Below the pieces are notes generated by a model, which was not told where the DNA came from, searched no databases, and saw only the letters and a list, made by a program, of their open reading frames with translations. Positions 15,391-23,551 of a stretch of 38,532 bases of DNA are shown piece by piece. The stretch comes from a virus. The position numbers and the translations under genes are program-made. Numbering within the stretch: position 1 is the stretch's first letter; each line of letters begins with the position of its first letter. The stretch lies in IMG/VR virus record IMGVR_UViG_3300045988_167100; one strand, given 5' to 3'.

Positions 15391-16131
15391 ATGTCAAATG
15401 AAAAAGAAATGAAAACATGTTTTGTAATAACACCGATTGGTGAAAATGGTTCTATAACTAGAAGAAAAATAGATGGACTTATAGATGAAGTGATCAGACC
15501 TGTATTAGAAAAATTAAATTATACCGTTATTGTGAGTCATAGAATAAATGATAGCGGAACAATGACGTCTACAATAATAGAAAAGGCATATAACAGTGAT
15601 TTGGTTATTGCAAATCTTACTGGAAATAATCCTAATGTTATGTATGAAGTTGCTATAAGACATGCATCTGCAAAACCAATTATTCATATTACTGAAAATA
15701 TATCTGAGTTACCATTTGATATCAATGACCAGAGAACCATTGAATATACAGATGATATGTCTGGTGCATTAGAATTAAAGGAACGACTTAAAGTTATGGT
15801 TGAAAGCATTAATTATAAAGAGTGTGTGAGTAATCCGGTTACGGAAGCTCTTTCTAAAAGAGATTTAGTAAATATTCCAGAAAAGGGGGATGTTCAATTA
15901 AATGATGTTTTAGCTGATATACAAAAAGATATTAGAAATATACAGAGGGAAATAAAGAGAACACAGCAATATGAAAAGCTTGTTAATATAAATACACATA
16001 CGATTGAGCCGAGTGAAAAGAAGATAGGTGAGTTAGTGGGAAAAAATGTTTATTTGGGAGAAGCTAGGGCTGGAAGATTTGAGAGAGATAGTATGGGAAG
16101 ATTAATGTATATAAAAGCTGATGAAGAATAA
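15391..16131 (+). CDS. Nucleoside 2-deoxyribosyltransferase-like / TIR-like fold protein with a coiled-coil C-terminus (moron)
   Basis: CFVITPIG...(~60 aa)...SDLVIANLTGNNPNVMYEVAIRHASAKPIIHI matches the beta-alpha layout and conserved Glu of the NDT/TIR-like superfamily. AT-rich relative to neighbours (by eye). GAGGTGA RBS before ATG 15391; the maximal ORF starts at GTG 15382. Confidence 0.5.
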   Translation: MSNEKEMKTCFVITPIGENGSITRRKIDGLIDEVIRPVLEKLNYTVIVSHRINDSGTMTSTIIEKAYNSDLVIANLTGNNPNVMYEVAIRHASAKPIIHITENISELPFDINDQRTIEYTDDMSGALELKERLKVMVESINYKECVSNPVTEALSKRDLVNIPEKGDVQLNDVLADIQKDIRNIQREIKRTQQYEKLVNINTHTIEPSEKKIGELVGKNVYLGEARAGRFERDSMGRLMYIKADEE

Positions 16132-16150
16132 ATATTTTAAGTCAAAAACT

Positions 16151-16210
16151 AGAGCCGTTGAGCCGAATGTATGAGACTGAAAAGTCTTGTATGTCCGGCT
16201 CTTTTTATTT
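16151..16210 (+). terminator. Intrinsic terminator T1 with a 5' AGAGCC-GTT-GAGCC box
   Basis: Stem gagccgaatgtatgagact / agtcttgtatgtccggctc (16160..16201, with G-U pairs), followed by tttttattt. Confidence 0.8.
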
Positions 16211-16219
16211 GGAGGAATT

Positions 16220-16852
16220 ATGTATAAGACACAGAGAAATTATGAAAATGTACAGAGGATGTTATTTAACGGAGTAGGACAATATGACATACCGGAGATA
16301 GAGCCTACACAATTTGATAACGCTGAGTTTATCGAATTCAATTATGCGAAGAATGCGAAAGAGCCAGCGAACAAAGCAGTACATTTTTTCTTAGATGATT
16401 ATCAATTTAATAGAGTGTGGACAGATCCAGACAGATATACGGCAATGTTGCAGCGGTTTAAGTATGTGCTTACACCGGATTTCAGCCTGTATACAGACTT
16501 CCCGAAGCCGTTACAGATATATAATCATTACCGAAAACACTGGCTTGGTGCATATTGGCAGTTGCATGGGATCAATGTAATTCCAACGGTATGTTGGAGC
16601 GATAGGGAATCGTTTGTGTGGTGCTTCGACGGAGAACCTACACAAAGTGTCGTGGCAGTTTCTTCGGTTGGAACACAGAACAGCACGGAAAAGAAACAGA
16701 GGTTTCTTGATGGATATATGGAAATGGTGGAACGGTTACATCCTACACAAATTATCTTTTACGGCAGAGTGCCGGATGAGTGCAAGGGGAATATCGTACA
16801 TATCAAACAGTTTGGTGAAAAATTTCATGAAGCGGAGGTAGCACAATGGTAA
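16220..16852 (+). CDS. DUF4417-family protein
   Basis: HFFLDDYQF...LTPDFSLY...INVIPTVCW pattern recalled for DUF4417. ATG 16220 lies right after GGAGG; the 16187 start would include the terminator. Confidence 0.6.
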   Translation: MYKTQRNYENVQRMLFNGVGQYDIPEIEPTQFDNAEFIEFNYAKNAKEPANKAVHFFLDDYQFNRVWTDPDRYTAMLQRFKYVLTPDFSLYTDFPKPLQIYNHYRKHWLGAYWQLHGINVIPTVCWSDRESFVWCFDGEPTQSVVAVSSVGTQNSTEKKQRFLDGYMEMVERLHPTQIIFYGRVPDECKGNIVHIKQFGEKFHEAEVAQW

Positions 16853-17217
16853 TGAATTTACAATATTTTGGCTGGCGTGGTGGCTCTAGTGGACTTGGTG
16901 GAGGTGGAACGGTTGCTTTTGATGTTAACATGAAGGGTTCCAGAGTAAGCTATGTTGTAAGAAATGGAAAAGTATATAGCGAAACTGGAGATCAAATAGC
17001 ATTGTCTGCAAACCAGATTATGAAAAATGCTAAAAATCTTGGTTATGATGTAAAAACTTACAATGCAAAACAAGCAACGGTACGAGAACAACAGCGAGCA
17101 GAGGATAGAAAGAAAACAAATGAATTCATCAATATATCAGATGCACAGATGGGTGGCAGACGTGGAGACCAGCGGAGAACTACGCGAGGTAGACGAGGAG
17201 GAAGGAAAGGTATTTAA
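16852..17217 (+). CDS. Gly/Arg-rich hypothetical protein (N-terminus MNLQYFG)
   Basis: The MNLQxF N-terminus is common in Firmicutes phage structural or scaffold-associated proteins. The start overlaps the upstream stop. Confidence 0.5.
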   Translation: MNLQYFGWRGGSSGLGGGGTVAFDVNMKGSRVSYVVRNGKVYSETGDQIALSANQIMKNAKNLGYDVKTYNAKQATVREQQRAEDRKKTNEFINISDAQMGGRRGDQRRTTRGRRGGRKGI

Positions 17218-17612
17218 TGGGCGGCAGAGGAGCAAGAAGCGGATTAAGTGACAGCGGTAAAAGGTATGGAACGGAATACAACACCCTTGCACAGTTCGGT
17301 AATGTGAAGGTAGTGCGAGCGAATGATGGTGGCGCAAAAGCACCAATGGAAACAATGACACCTGGGCGGATATATGCCACGGTAGATAAGTTTAATGACA
17401 TTAAGTATATCACATTCCATGATGCCGAGGGGGAAAGGGTAAAGCAGATTGACGTTAAAGGGAAAAAACATAATGGAGCATTACCACATACTCATAACGG
17501 ATATGAGCATGACGAGTACGGAACTTATCCAGGGTTATCAGTTAAGGATAGTAAGAGAGTTGAAAAAATACTGAAATCATGGGAAACAAAGCGTAAAAAG
17601 GTGAATTTATAA
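17217..17612 (+). CDS. Hypothetical protein (N-terminus MGGRGARSG)
   Basis: ATGG overlap with the upstream stop. His-rich PHTHNGYEHDEYG segment. Function unknown. Confidence 0.5.
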   Translation: MGGRGARSGLSDSGKRYGTEYNTLAQFGNVKVVRANDGGAKAPMETMTPGRIYATVDKFNDIKYITFHDAEGERVKQIDVKGKKHNGALPHTHNGYEHDEYGTYPGLSVKDSKRVEKILKSWETKRKKVNL

Positions 17613-17633
17613 GAGGAAAATGGTATATTCTAT

Positions 17634-17705
17634 ATGCAAGGCTGTAGTTCACAGAGGAGAACACCGCACAGCGGAGAGCCCGGTGCAATTCCGGGCAACT
17701 TGCAT
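17634..17705 (+). ncRNA. tRNA-like cloverleaf element U1 (72 nt, unclassified)
   Basis: 7 bp closing stem atgcaag/cttgcat. D-like arm gttc-acagagga-gaac. Mini hairpin ccgc-aca-gcgg. T-like arm gcccgg-tgcaatt-ccgggc with a 7 nt loop. Followed by the gtacc-aaat-ggtac hairpin. Confidence 0.5.
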
Positions 17706-17730
17706 CATGAGGATGTACCAAATGGTACTA

Positions 17731-17836
17731 TCTTAGCAAGTAGTCGTATAGGGTGATTACACCGTGATGGCGGTTACTCCGGTTAGAATCCGGGCGCTTG
17801 CTTAAGAGGATGTACCATAACGGTATGTCCTTTTTT
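17731..17836 (+). ncRNA. tRNA-like cloverleaf element U2 plus intrinsic terminator
   Basis: Same architecture as U1. Closing stem tcttagcaag/cttgcttaaga. tagtc-(9 nt)-gatta. accg-tgatgg-cggt. tccgg-ttagaat-ccggg. Then ggatgtacc-ataac-ggtatgtcc and tttttt (17808..17836). Confidence 0.5.
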
Positions 17837-17858
17837 GATCGAAAAGTTAAGTAGTTTT

Positions 17859-17881
17859 GCAGCAGTTGCACCGGTGCAACT
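17859..17881. repeat. 23 bp repeat with the 18 bp palindrome agttgcaccggtgcaact (copy 2)
   Basis: Identical to 1124..1146. It ends 2 bp upstream of the -35 of the late promoter. Confidence 0.9.
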
Positions 17882-17883
17882 TG

Positions 17884-17912
17884 TTGACTTGTATCAAAAA
17901 AGAAAATATAAT
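17884..17912 (+). promoter_or_regulatory. Packaging/late operon promoter TTGACT-17-TATAAT
   Basis: TTGACT 17884..17889, 17 nt spacer, TATAAT 17907..17912. Confidence 0.75.
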
Positions 17913-17921
17913 ATGTGTAAC

Positions 17922-17974
17922 AGAGCCGATGAGCCAAATACATGGAGAAAAACCGTGTATTTGGCTCTTTTTTT
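17922..17974 (+). terminator. Promoter-proximal intrinsic terminator T2 with a 5' AGAGCC-GAT-GAGCC box
   Basis: Stem gagccaaatacatgg / ccgtgtatttggctc (17931..17967), then ttttttt. Lies between the late promoter and the first late gene. Confidence 0.85.
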
Positions 17975-18000
17975 ATATTTTTTTCGGAGGTGGCAGCAGG

Positions 18001-18258
18001 ATGAATGCAAATAAAACAATTCAAAAATTGCAGATGGCAATATTGCAGCAGGGTTTAGCTGTTACCGTAAGCCGGAGACAATTTTTTTCAACAAAAACTC
18101 AACATTTTATAACAATTACAGCATTAAATATTAAAGTTCTTCACTTTTTTAAGAAAAAAGGAGAGTGGAAAGAGCAGAATTACGAGATTATGAGCAGTGC
18201 TTCCCAACTGGAAATTATTGAGTGCCTGCTGGAAATATATAAGGCAGTCAGTGGATGA
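18001..18258 (+). CDS. Hypothetical protein (85 aa), first gene of the packaging operon
   Basis: ATG 18001 behind GGAGGTGG. The longer ORF from 17857 would span the promoter and terminator. ATGA overlap with the terminase gene. Confidence 0.55.
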   Translation: MNANKTIQKLQMAILQQGLAVTVSRRQFFSTKTQHFITITALNIKVLHFFKKKGEWKEQNYEIMSSASQLEIIECLLEIYKAVSG

Positions 18259-19883
18259 AGAAAATAACGCCAAAACAAAAGAAATTCGCGGATTTTTACA
18301 TTGAATGTGGAAACGCAACAGAAGCTGCAAAAAGGGCGGGGTATTCAGAGAAAACCGCCTATTCTATTGGACAAAGGTTGTTGAAAAATGTTGAAATATC
18401 TGCCTATATAGCCAAAAGGCAGCAGGAGATTGAAAGTGAGAGGCTATGTACACTGAAAGAAATACAGGAATTTAGAAGTCGTGTGATACGAGGAGAGGAG
18501 AAAGACGCCTTTGGTTTGGACATAGAAATATCTGATAGATTAAGTGCATGTAACCAACTCGAAAAAGCTTTGGTAATTGAAGAAATGGAGAAGGAGAGAA
18601 AGAAGCGCGAAGAGGAAGCTTTGAACAGGGGAACGTATCATACAGATCTGGATGTTGTGGCAGATACATTTCATTCAGTTGTGAGAGATATCAGGAAACA
18701 TGGACATAGAGAATATGTTTTTGAAGGGGGACGAGGAAGTACCAAGTCATCCTGTGGAACAATCATCCCTTATGAGCTCATGGAGAATAATCATAATATT
18801 CATGCATTGGTGATCAGAAAGGTAAAAGACACATTGAGAGATTCTGTATATGCACAAATGCAGTGGTCATGCGATAAGCAGGCGGAGAACCCAATGTTTG
18901 ACCGTGACAACTGGAAGTTTGGACTAAGCCCGCTCGAAATAACATATACACCGACTGGACAGAAAATATATTTTCGTGGTGCGGATGATCCGGGAAAGAT
19001 TAAATCTATCAAACCGCCATTTGGTTATATTGGAATTGTGATATTTGAGGAGTTAGACCAGTTCAGTGGACCAGAGGAAGTGCGAAATATAGAACAGTCG
19101 GCTATCCGTGGTGGTAATGATGCATATGTATTTAAGTTTTTCAATCCACCGAAGAGCAACAGTAATTGGGTTAATATCTACGTAAAGACACCAAAGGAGT
19201 CGATGTGCGTACACCATTCAACATATAAAGATGTGCCGTCGGAATGGCTGGGAAGAGATTTTATTGAAGAGGCAGAACACTTACGGGAGGTAAACCCGGA
19301 TGCATATGAGCATGAATATATGGGCGTGGCGAATGGAAATGGAGGTATGGTGTTCGATTATTTGGAACTGAGAGAGATTACAGATGATGAGATTGCCAGA
19401 ATGGATCGTATCTATCAGGGCGTAGACTGGGGATGGTTTCCTGATCCTTATGCATTTATCAGAAGTTACTATAATCCGGCGCAGGAAAAGATATATCTGA
19501 TTGCGGAAAACGTAGTCAAAAAGACAAAGAACACACAGACAGGGCAGTGGATCATTGATCATGGATATGATGACTATGAAATTGTATGTGATAGTGCAGA
19601 GAAAAAATCTGTAGGAGACTATGTTGATATCGGGTTACCGGCAAGACCTGCAATTAAAGGACCGGGAAGCGTAGAGTATGGGATGAAATGGTTGCAGGGA
19701 AAGACGATTGTTATTGATCAGGCGAGAACACCTCACGCATATAAAGAATTTACAGAATATGAGTATGAGAGAGACAAAGATGGGAATGTGATCAGTGGGT
19801 ATCCGGATGCTGATAATCACACGATAGATGCCGTGAGATATAGTTATGAACCACTGTGGCGTAGAAGTGAACATAAAGCTTAG
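18255..19883 (+). CDS. Terminase: small-subunit (Terminase_2-like) domain fused in frame to a PBSX-type large subunit
   Basis: Residues 1-~110 (ITPKQKKFADFYIECGNATEAAKRAGYSEKTAYSIGQRLLKNVEI...) look like TerS. The rest has Walker A GGRGSTKSS and TerL nuclease-region motifs. One uninterrupted 542 aa ORF. Confidence 0.8.
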   Translation: MKKITPKQKKFADFYIECGNATEAAKRAGYSEKTAYSIGQRLLKNVEISAYIAKRQQEIESERLCTLKEIQEFRSRVIRGEEKDAFGLDIEISDRLSACNQLEKALVIEEMEKERKKREEEALNRGTYHTDLDVVADTFHSVVRDIRKHGHREYVFEGGRGSTKSSCGTIIPYELMENNHNIHALVIRKVKDTLRDSVYAQMQWSCDKQAENPMFDRDNWKFGLSPLEITYTPTGQKIYFRGADDPGKIKSIKPPFGYIGIVIFEELDQFSGPEEVRNIEQSAIRGGNDAYVFKFFNPPKSNSNWVNIYVKTPKESMCVHHSTYKDVPSEWLGRDFIEEAEHLREVNPDAYEHEYMGVANGNGGMVFDYLELREITDDEIARMDRIYQGVDWGWFPDPYAFIRSYYNPAQEKIYLIAENVVKKTKNTQTGQWIIDHGYDDYEIVCDSAEKKSVGDYVDIGLPARPAIKGPGSVEYGMKWLQGKTIVIDQARTPHAYKEFTEYEYERDKDGNVISGYPDADNHTIDAVRYSYEPLWRRSEHKA

Positions 19884-19892
19884 GAGGATGAA

Positions 19893-21344
19893 ATGGGAAT
19901 TATACAGACACTTGGAATGTGGAAAGAGAGGATAATAAGAATGTTCAAAGGAAATATCAAAAATGAATTTGGTGTGACAGGAATTACTTCAAATGCAATG
20001 GAAGATGCAATAACAGATTGGATGGATGTATATCAGGGAAAAGCATCATGGGTTGATCATACCAAAGGAATCAAGACAATTAAATTTGCAAAAGCTGTGT
20101 GCTCCGAGACAGCCAGACTGACCAATCTGGCACTGGGAATCACATTCGATGGCAGCAGGAAAGACTATATGACAGAATGGTGTGAAAGGGCGATCATGCC
20201 AAATCTGCGCCGTTGGGTAGAATATGGCTGTGCAAGCGGCACGATTATTATAAAACCAAACGGAGTGGGTGCTGACTTTGTGACACCGGACAGATTTGAA
20301 ATTGTTGGGAAAGATGGAAATGGACTGATTGCCGGGATTATATTTGAAGATCGCTACAGAGAGAATGATAAATATTATACCAAGCAGGAATATCACAGAT
20401 TTTTTGATGCAAAGGTCAATTATGGAGATGGTGATTACAAGAGTGTGAAATATTACCAGATTTCCAATAGGGCATATGTAAGCAGCAATTCAGGAGAACT
20501 TGGAAAAGAGATTGAATTAAGCCAGACAAAATGGAATACTTTACTGCCGGATGTATCAATTACAACAAAAAACGAAGTTGGCTTAAATGGGATGATGTTC
20601 GGGGTGCTTCGGATGCCGGCGGCCAATGACATAGATGTTGACAGTCCTTTGGGAATGGCAATCTATTCTGACGCGATGGAAGAATTAAAAGATTTGGATA
20701 TTGCATACAGCAGATACAGTGAGGAAGTGAAGGACAGCAGAGCGTTGGAACTGATCGACAGAAGACTTGTAAGAGAACCGGGGCACAAGGTAAATGAGGA
20801 GGTTGAACTGGATTTACCGAAACATTTCATTCCGGTATCGGGCGAGGGGGATCAGGAATTTTACCAGGCGGTGGAAAGACCTTTGAAGGTAGATGAAAGA
20901 ATCAAAGGAATCAATGCACAGCTTTCATACATTGGCTATAAATGTGGGTATTCCAATGGATATTTTGCGTTTGACCAGAAAACCGGGATGGTAACAGCAA
21001 CGCAGGTGGAATCAGACGATCGCAGGACCATACAGTTGATTAAAGATATCAGGGATGCATTACAGGTATGTCTCGATCAGGTTTTTTACGCGCAGTCAGT
21101 ATTTGCCGATTTATATAATCTGGCACCGGTAGGCAATTACACAGCAAATTATGCCTTTGGAGATATCACGTATAATTTTGAGGAAGATAAAGTACATCAC
21201 TACAATCTGGCGGTACGGGGCATTTATCCGTGGGAAGAATACTATGTGAAGTTTTTAAAATATTCCAGGGAAGAGGCAAAAGCATTAATTGAACAGGCAA
21301 AATCAGAGAACCAGGCTGATGGAATAGAATATGACGAGGAATAA
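19893..21344 (+). CDS. Portal protein
   Basis: 483 aa, directly downstream of the terminase. Size and position are typical of SPP1-type portals. Confidence 0.75.
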   Translation: MGIIQTLGMWKERIIRMFKGNIKNEFGVTGITSNAMEDAITDWMDVYQGKASWVDHTKGIKTIKFAKAVCSETARLTNLALGITFDGSRKDYMTEWCERAIMPNLRRWVEYGCASGTIIIKPNGVGADFVTPDRFEIVGKDGNGLIAGIIFEDRYRENDKYYTKQEYHRFFDAKVNYGDGDYKSVKYYQISNRAYVSSNSGELGKEIELSQTKWNTLLPDVSITTKNEVGLNGMMFGVLRMPAANDIDVDSPLGMAIYSDAMEELKDLDIAYSRYSEEVKDSRALELIDRRLVREPGHKVNEEVELDLPKHFIPVSGEGDQEFYQAVERPLKVDERIKGINAQLSYIGYKCGYSNGYFAFDQKTGMVTATQVESDDRRTIQLIKDIRDALQVCLDQVFYAQSVFADLYNLAPVGNYTANYAFGDITYNFEEDKVHHYNLAVRGIYPWEEYYVKFLKYSREEAKALIEQAKSENQADGIEYDEE

Positions 21345-21347
21345 TAT

Positions 21348-22610
21348 ATGCTGACACCAGAATATTTACAGGAGATCACAGATAAAAGTGAGAGCCTTGC
21401 AGCAGGCTTAAAAGAATATATCATAAAACGGATTGTGCGGAGTATTATGGTACGCTTGCAGCGCGGAGAGGAATTTACGCTTTCCCAGACAAATATGTGG
21501 AATATACAAACGCTGCAGGAGTCTGATTCGCTTTTGGCGGATATTATGAAAGAGATAAAAAAACAGACAGCAGAAAGCAATAAGGTTGTAAAGAAGGCTT
21601 TTAAGGATGCAGGAATTACAGCACTCAGATATGAGGATGCAGAGTATGAAGCCGCCGGACTTGCAGCAGCGATTGGCACAAAAATGTCACCGGAATATAT
21701 CAGAATCCTTGAAAGAAATTATGAAGCAACAAAGGGAGAATTAAAGAATCTTACAGGAACGATTGCTAAGGCGGCGCAGGTAACATTTATCGATGCCTGC
21801 GACGAAGCTCTATTTAAAGTTCAGACAGGAACATGCAGCAGGTCACAGGCTGTGAAGGAAGCAATTGACAAGACTGTAAAAGAAGGCGGGATGGTAATCT
21901 ATCCATCAGGACACAAAGATACAGTGGAAACGGCAACTCTCCGGGCAGTCAGAACAGGGATTGCAAAGGCGGCTGGGGATATGGCGTTAAAGCGTATGGC
22001 GGAGATGGATGTGTGGGCTGTTTTGACATCTGCACATGTTGGAGCCAGAAGTACGCCGATACCAGAACCAGCAAACCATGAATCGTGGCAGGGACAGGTA
22101 TTCTATGTGGATCTGGTAAAGTTGGGACTTGCAAAAGAGTACACAAAAGAAGCTGAGAGAGCCAAAAGTTTACACCCTGATTTTATTGAAAAGACCGGGT
22201 ACGGAACTGGCGAGGGAATATTAGGCTGGAATTGCAGACATTCCATCGGTACATGGATAGATGGAGTGAGCAAAAATAACTACAAGAAAATCGATACAGA
22301 AGAAAATAAAAAAGCGTATGATTTGCAGCAGGCACAAAGAAAACTTGAGCGCACGATCAGAAAGTGGAAGATACAAAAGAACGGCTATAAGGAGGCAATG
22401 GACAAAGCTGAGGATGACGAGACCAGAGAAGCACTTGACGCTCAATACCAGAAAGCAAAAGAAAAAGTGGCATATTATAATAAAAAGTATGGACAATTCT
22501 GTGAAGAAAATGATTTGAAACCACAATATGACAGGTTATATGTTGGTGATCCGTCAAAAAAAGTGATTGATAAAAGTGAAGTGAAAGCATATAATATGGA
22601 CAAGAGGTGA
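21348..22610 (+). CDS. Minor capsid / head morphogenesis protein (MuF / minor-capsid-2 like)
   Basis: Position after the portal. N-terminal LTPEYLQEITDKSE...IIKRIV matches the minor capsid protein 2 pattern. Confidence 0.65.
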   Translation: MLTPEYLQEITDKSESLAAGLKEYIIKRIVRSIMVRLQRGEEFTLSQTNMWNIQTLQESDSLLADIMKEIKKQTAESNKVVKKAFKDAGITALRYEDAEYEAAGLAAAIGTKMSPEYIRILERNYEATKGELKNLTGTIAKAAQVTFIDACDEALFKVQTGTCSRSQAVKEAIDKTVKEGGMVIYPSGHKDTVETATLRAVRTGIAKAAGDMALKRMAEMDVWAVLTSAHVGARSTPIPEPANHESWQGQVFYVDLVKLGLAKEYTKEAERAKSLHPDFIEKTGYGTGEGILGWNCRHSIGTWIDGVSKNNYKKIDTEENKKAYDLQQAQRKLERTIRKWKIQKNGYKEAMDKAEDDETREALDAQYQKAKEKVAYYNKKYGQFCEENDLKPQYDRLYVGDPSKKVIDKSEVKAYNMDKR

Positions 22611-22614
22611 TAGA

Positions 22615-22782
22615 ATGCGAGAAAAAGAAACATTCTGGTATCCGTGCCCCGATTGTGGGGAAAAGATGTTGAAAGTACGGCGGGACACAGTATTAATATC
22701 ATTCCCGGCATATTGTAAACATTGCAAGGATACGAAGATTATTACAGAAATCGAGCCCCTAAGTAAAGTGATGAGCCATTGA
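22615..22782 (+). CDS. Cysteine-rich KTR-family small protein (55 aa)
   Basis: WYPCPDCGEKMLKVRRDTVLISFPAYCKHCKD resembles the Cys_rich_KTR signature. Confidence 0.55.
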   Translation: MREKETFWYPCPDCGEKMLKVRRDTVLISFPAYCKHCKDTKIITEIEPLSKVMSH

Positions 22783-22823
22783 GCCTAATACATGATGAAA
22801 GTCGTGTATCAGGCTCTTTTTTT
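22772..22823 (+). terminator. Intrinsic terminator T3 with a 5' TGAGCC-ATT-GAGCC box
   Basis: Stem gagcctaatacatga / tcgtgtatcaggctc (22781..22816), then ttttttt. Confidence 0.85.
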
Positions 22824-22925
22824 ATTTCGCGGAATGGCAGCCGCATTGCCGAGTCCGGGGGTAAGGACAAATCCTAATGCTGCTGGCGAGCAGGTAAAAG
22901 ATACGGGAAGAGGAGGATATGCAAC

Positions 22926-23537
22926 ATGAAAAATATTTTTAAAATTTTGGAAGGTCTTGGGATTGAGGTGCCAGAGGATAAGAAAAGCACTCTGGAGAAG
23001 GAAGTTCATGAGAACTACCGCACCAAGAAGGATTATGACGATCAGGTGGAAAAAGCAGAATCGACACAGAAACTGTTGGATGAGACAGCGGATAAACTGA
23101 AAAAGTTTGATGGTGTGGATGTGGCAGATCTTCAGGAAAAGTTGAAAGAGACGACTGAAACATTGGAGAACGAGCGCGCAGACCGCAAGAAAAAAGAGGA
23201 AGAGGCTGAGAGACACGCTACGGTAGCAGAATATCTGAAAGAAAAACGTTTCGTAAATGATATTACCAGAAATGCAATCACGGCAGAGCTTGAAAAAAAG
23301 CTTGCGGATGATTCAGCCAAAGGAAAATCAATGGATGATCTTTTTAACGCAATGGTCAAAGATTCAGAAGGAAAAGACATTCCAAACATTCTGGTATCGG
23401 AACAGGCAGAGGATGATGCAGATAATGCAGCAGTTTTCACGGAGCCGATGGGAAACCAGACAGACACAAGAATTAAGGGAGATCCAAATAACATGGATTT
23501 CGAAACGTACAAAAAATGGAGAGAGCAGAATAGCTAA
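22926..23537 (+). CDS. Scaffolding protein
   Basis: Acidic, coiled-coil-rich 203 aa protein immediately upstream of the major capsid gene. Confidence 0.65.
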   Translation: MKNIFKILEGLGIEVPEDKKSTLEKEVHENYRTKKDYDDQVEKAESTQKLLDETADKLKKFDGVDVADLQEKLKETTETLENERADRKKKEEEAERHATVAEYLKEKRFVNDITRNAITAELEKKLADDSAKGKSMDDLFNAMVKDSEGKDIPNILVSEQAEDDADNAAVFTEPMGNQTDTRIKGDPNNMDFETYKKWREQNS

Positions 23538-23551
23538 GAGAGGAGAATAAT

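Noticed and set aside
17634-17807. Calling U1/U2 genuine tRNA genes.
   Set aside because: The acceptor-like and T-like arms are present, but the anticodon arm is replaced by a 4 bp stem with a 3-6 nt loop, and the 8-9 linker is too long in U1. They cannot decode, so I kept them as tRNA-like ncRNA candidates only.
17857-18000. N-terminal extension of the first late ORF (start at 17857), and likewise the 16187 start of the DUF4417 gene and ORF 34637..34855.
   Set aside because: These extensions or ORFs run through a promoter and/or the stem and T-run of intrinsic terminators. Downstream ATGs with strong SDs are better starts.
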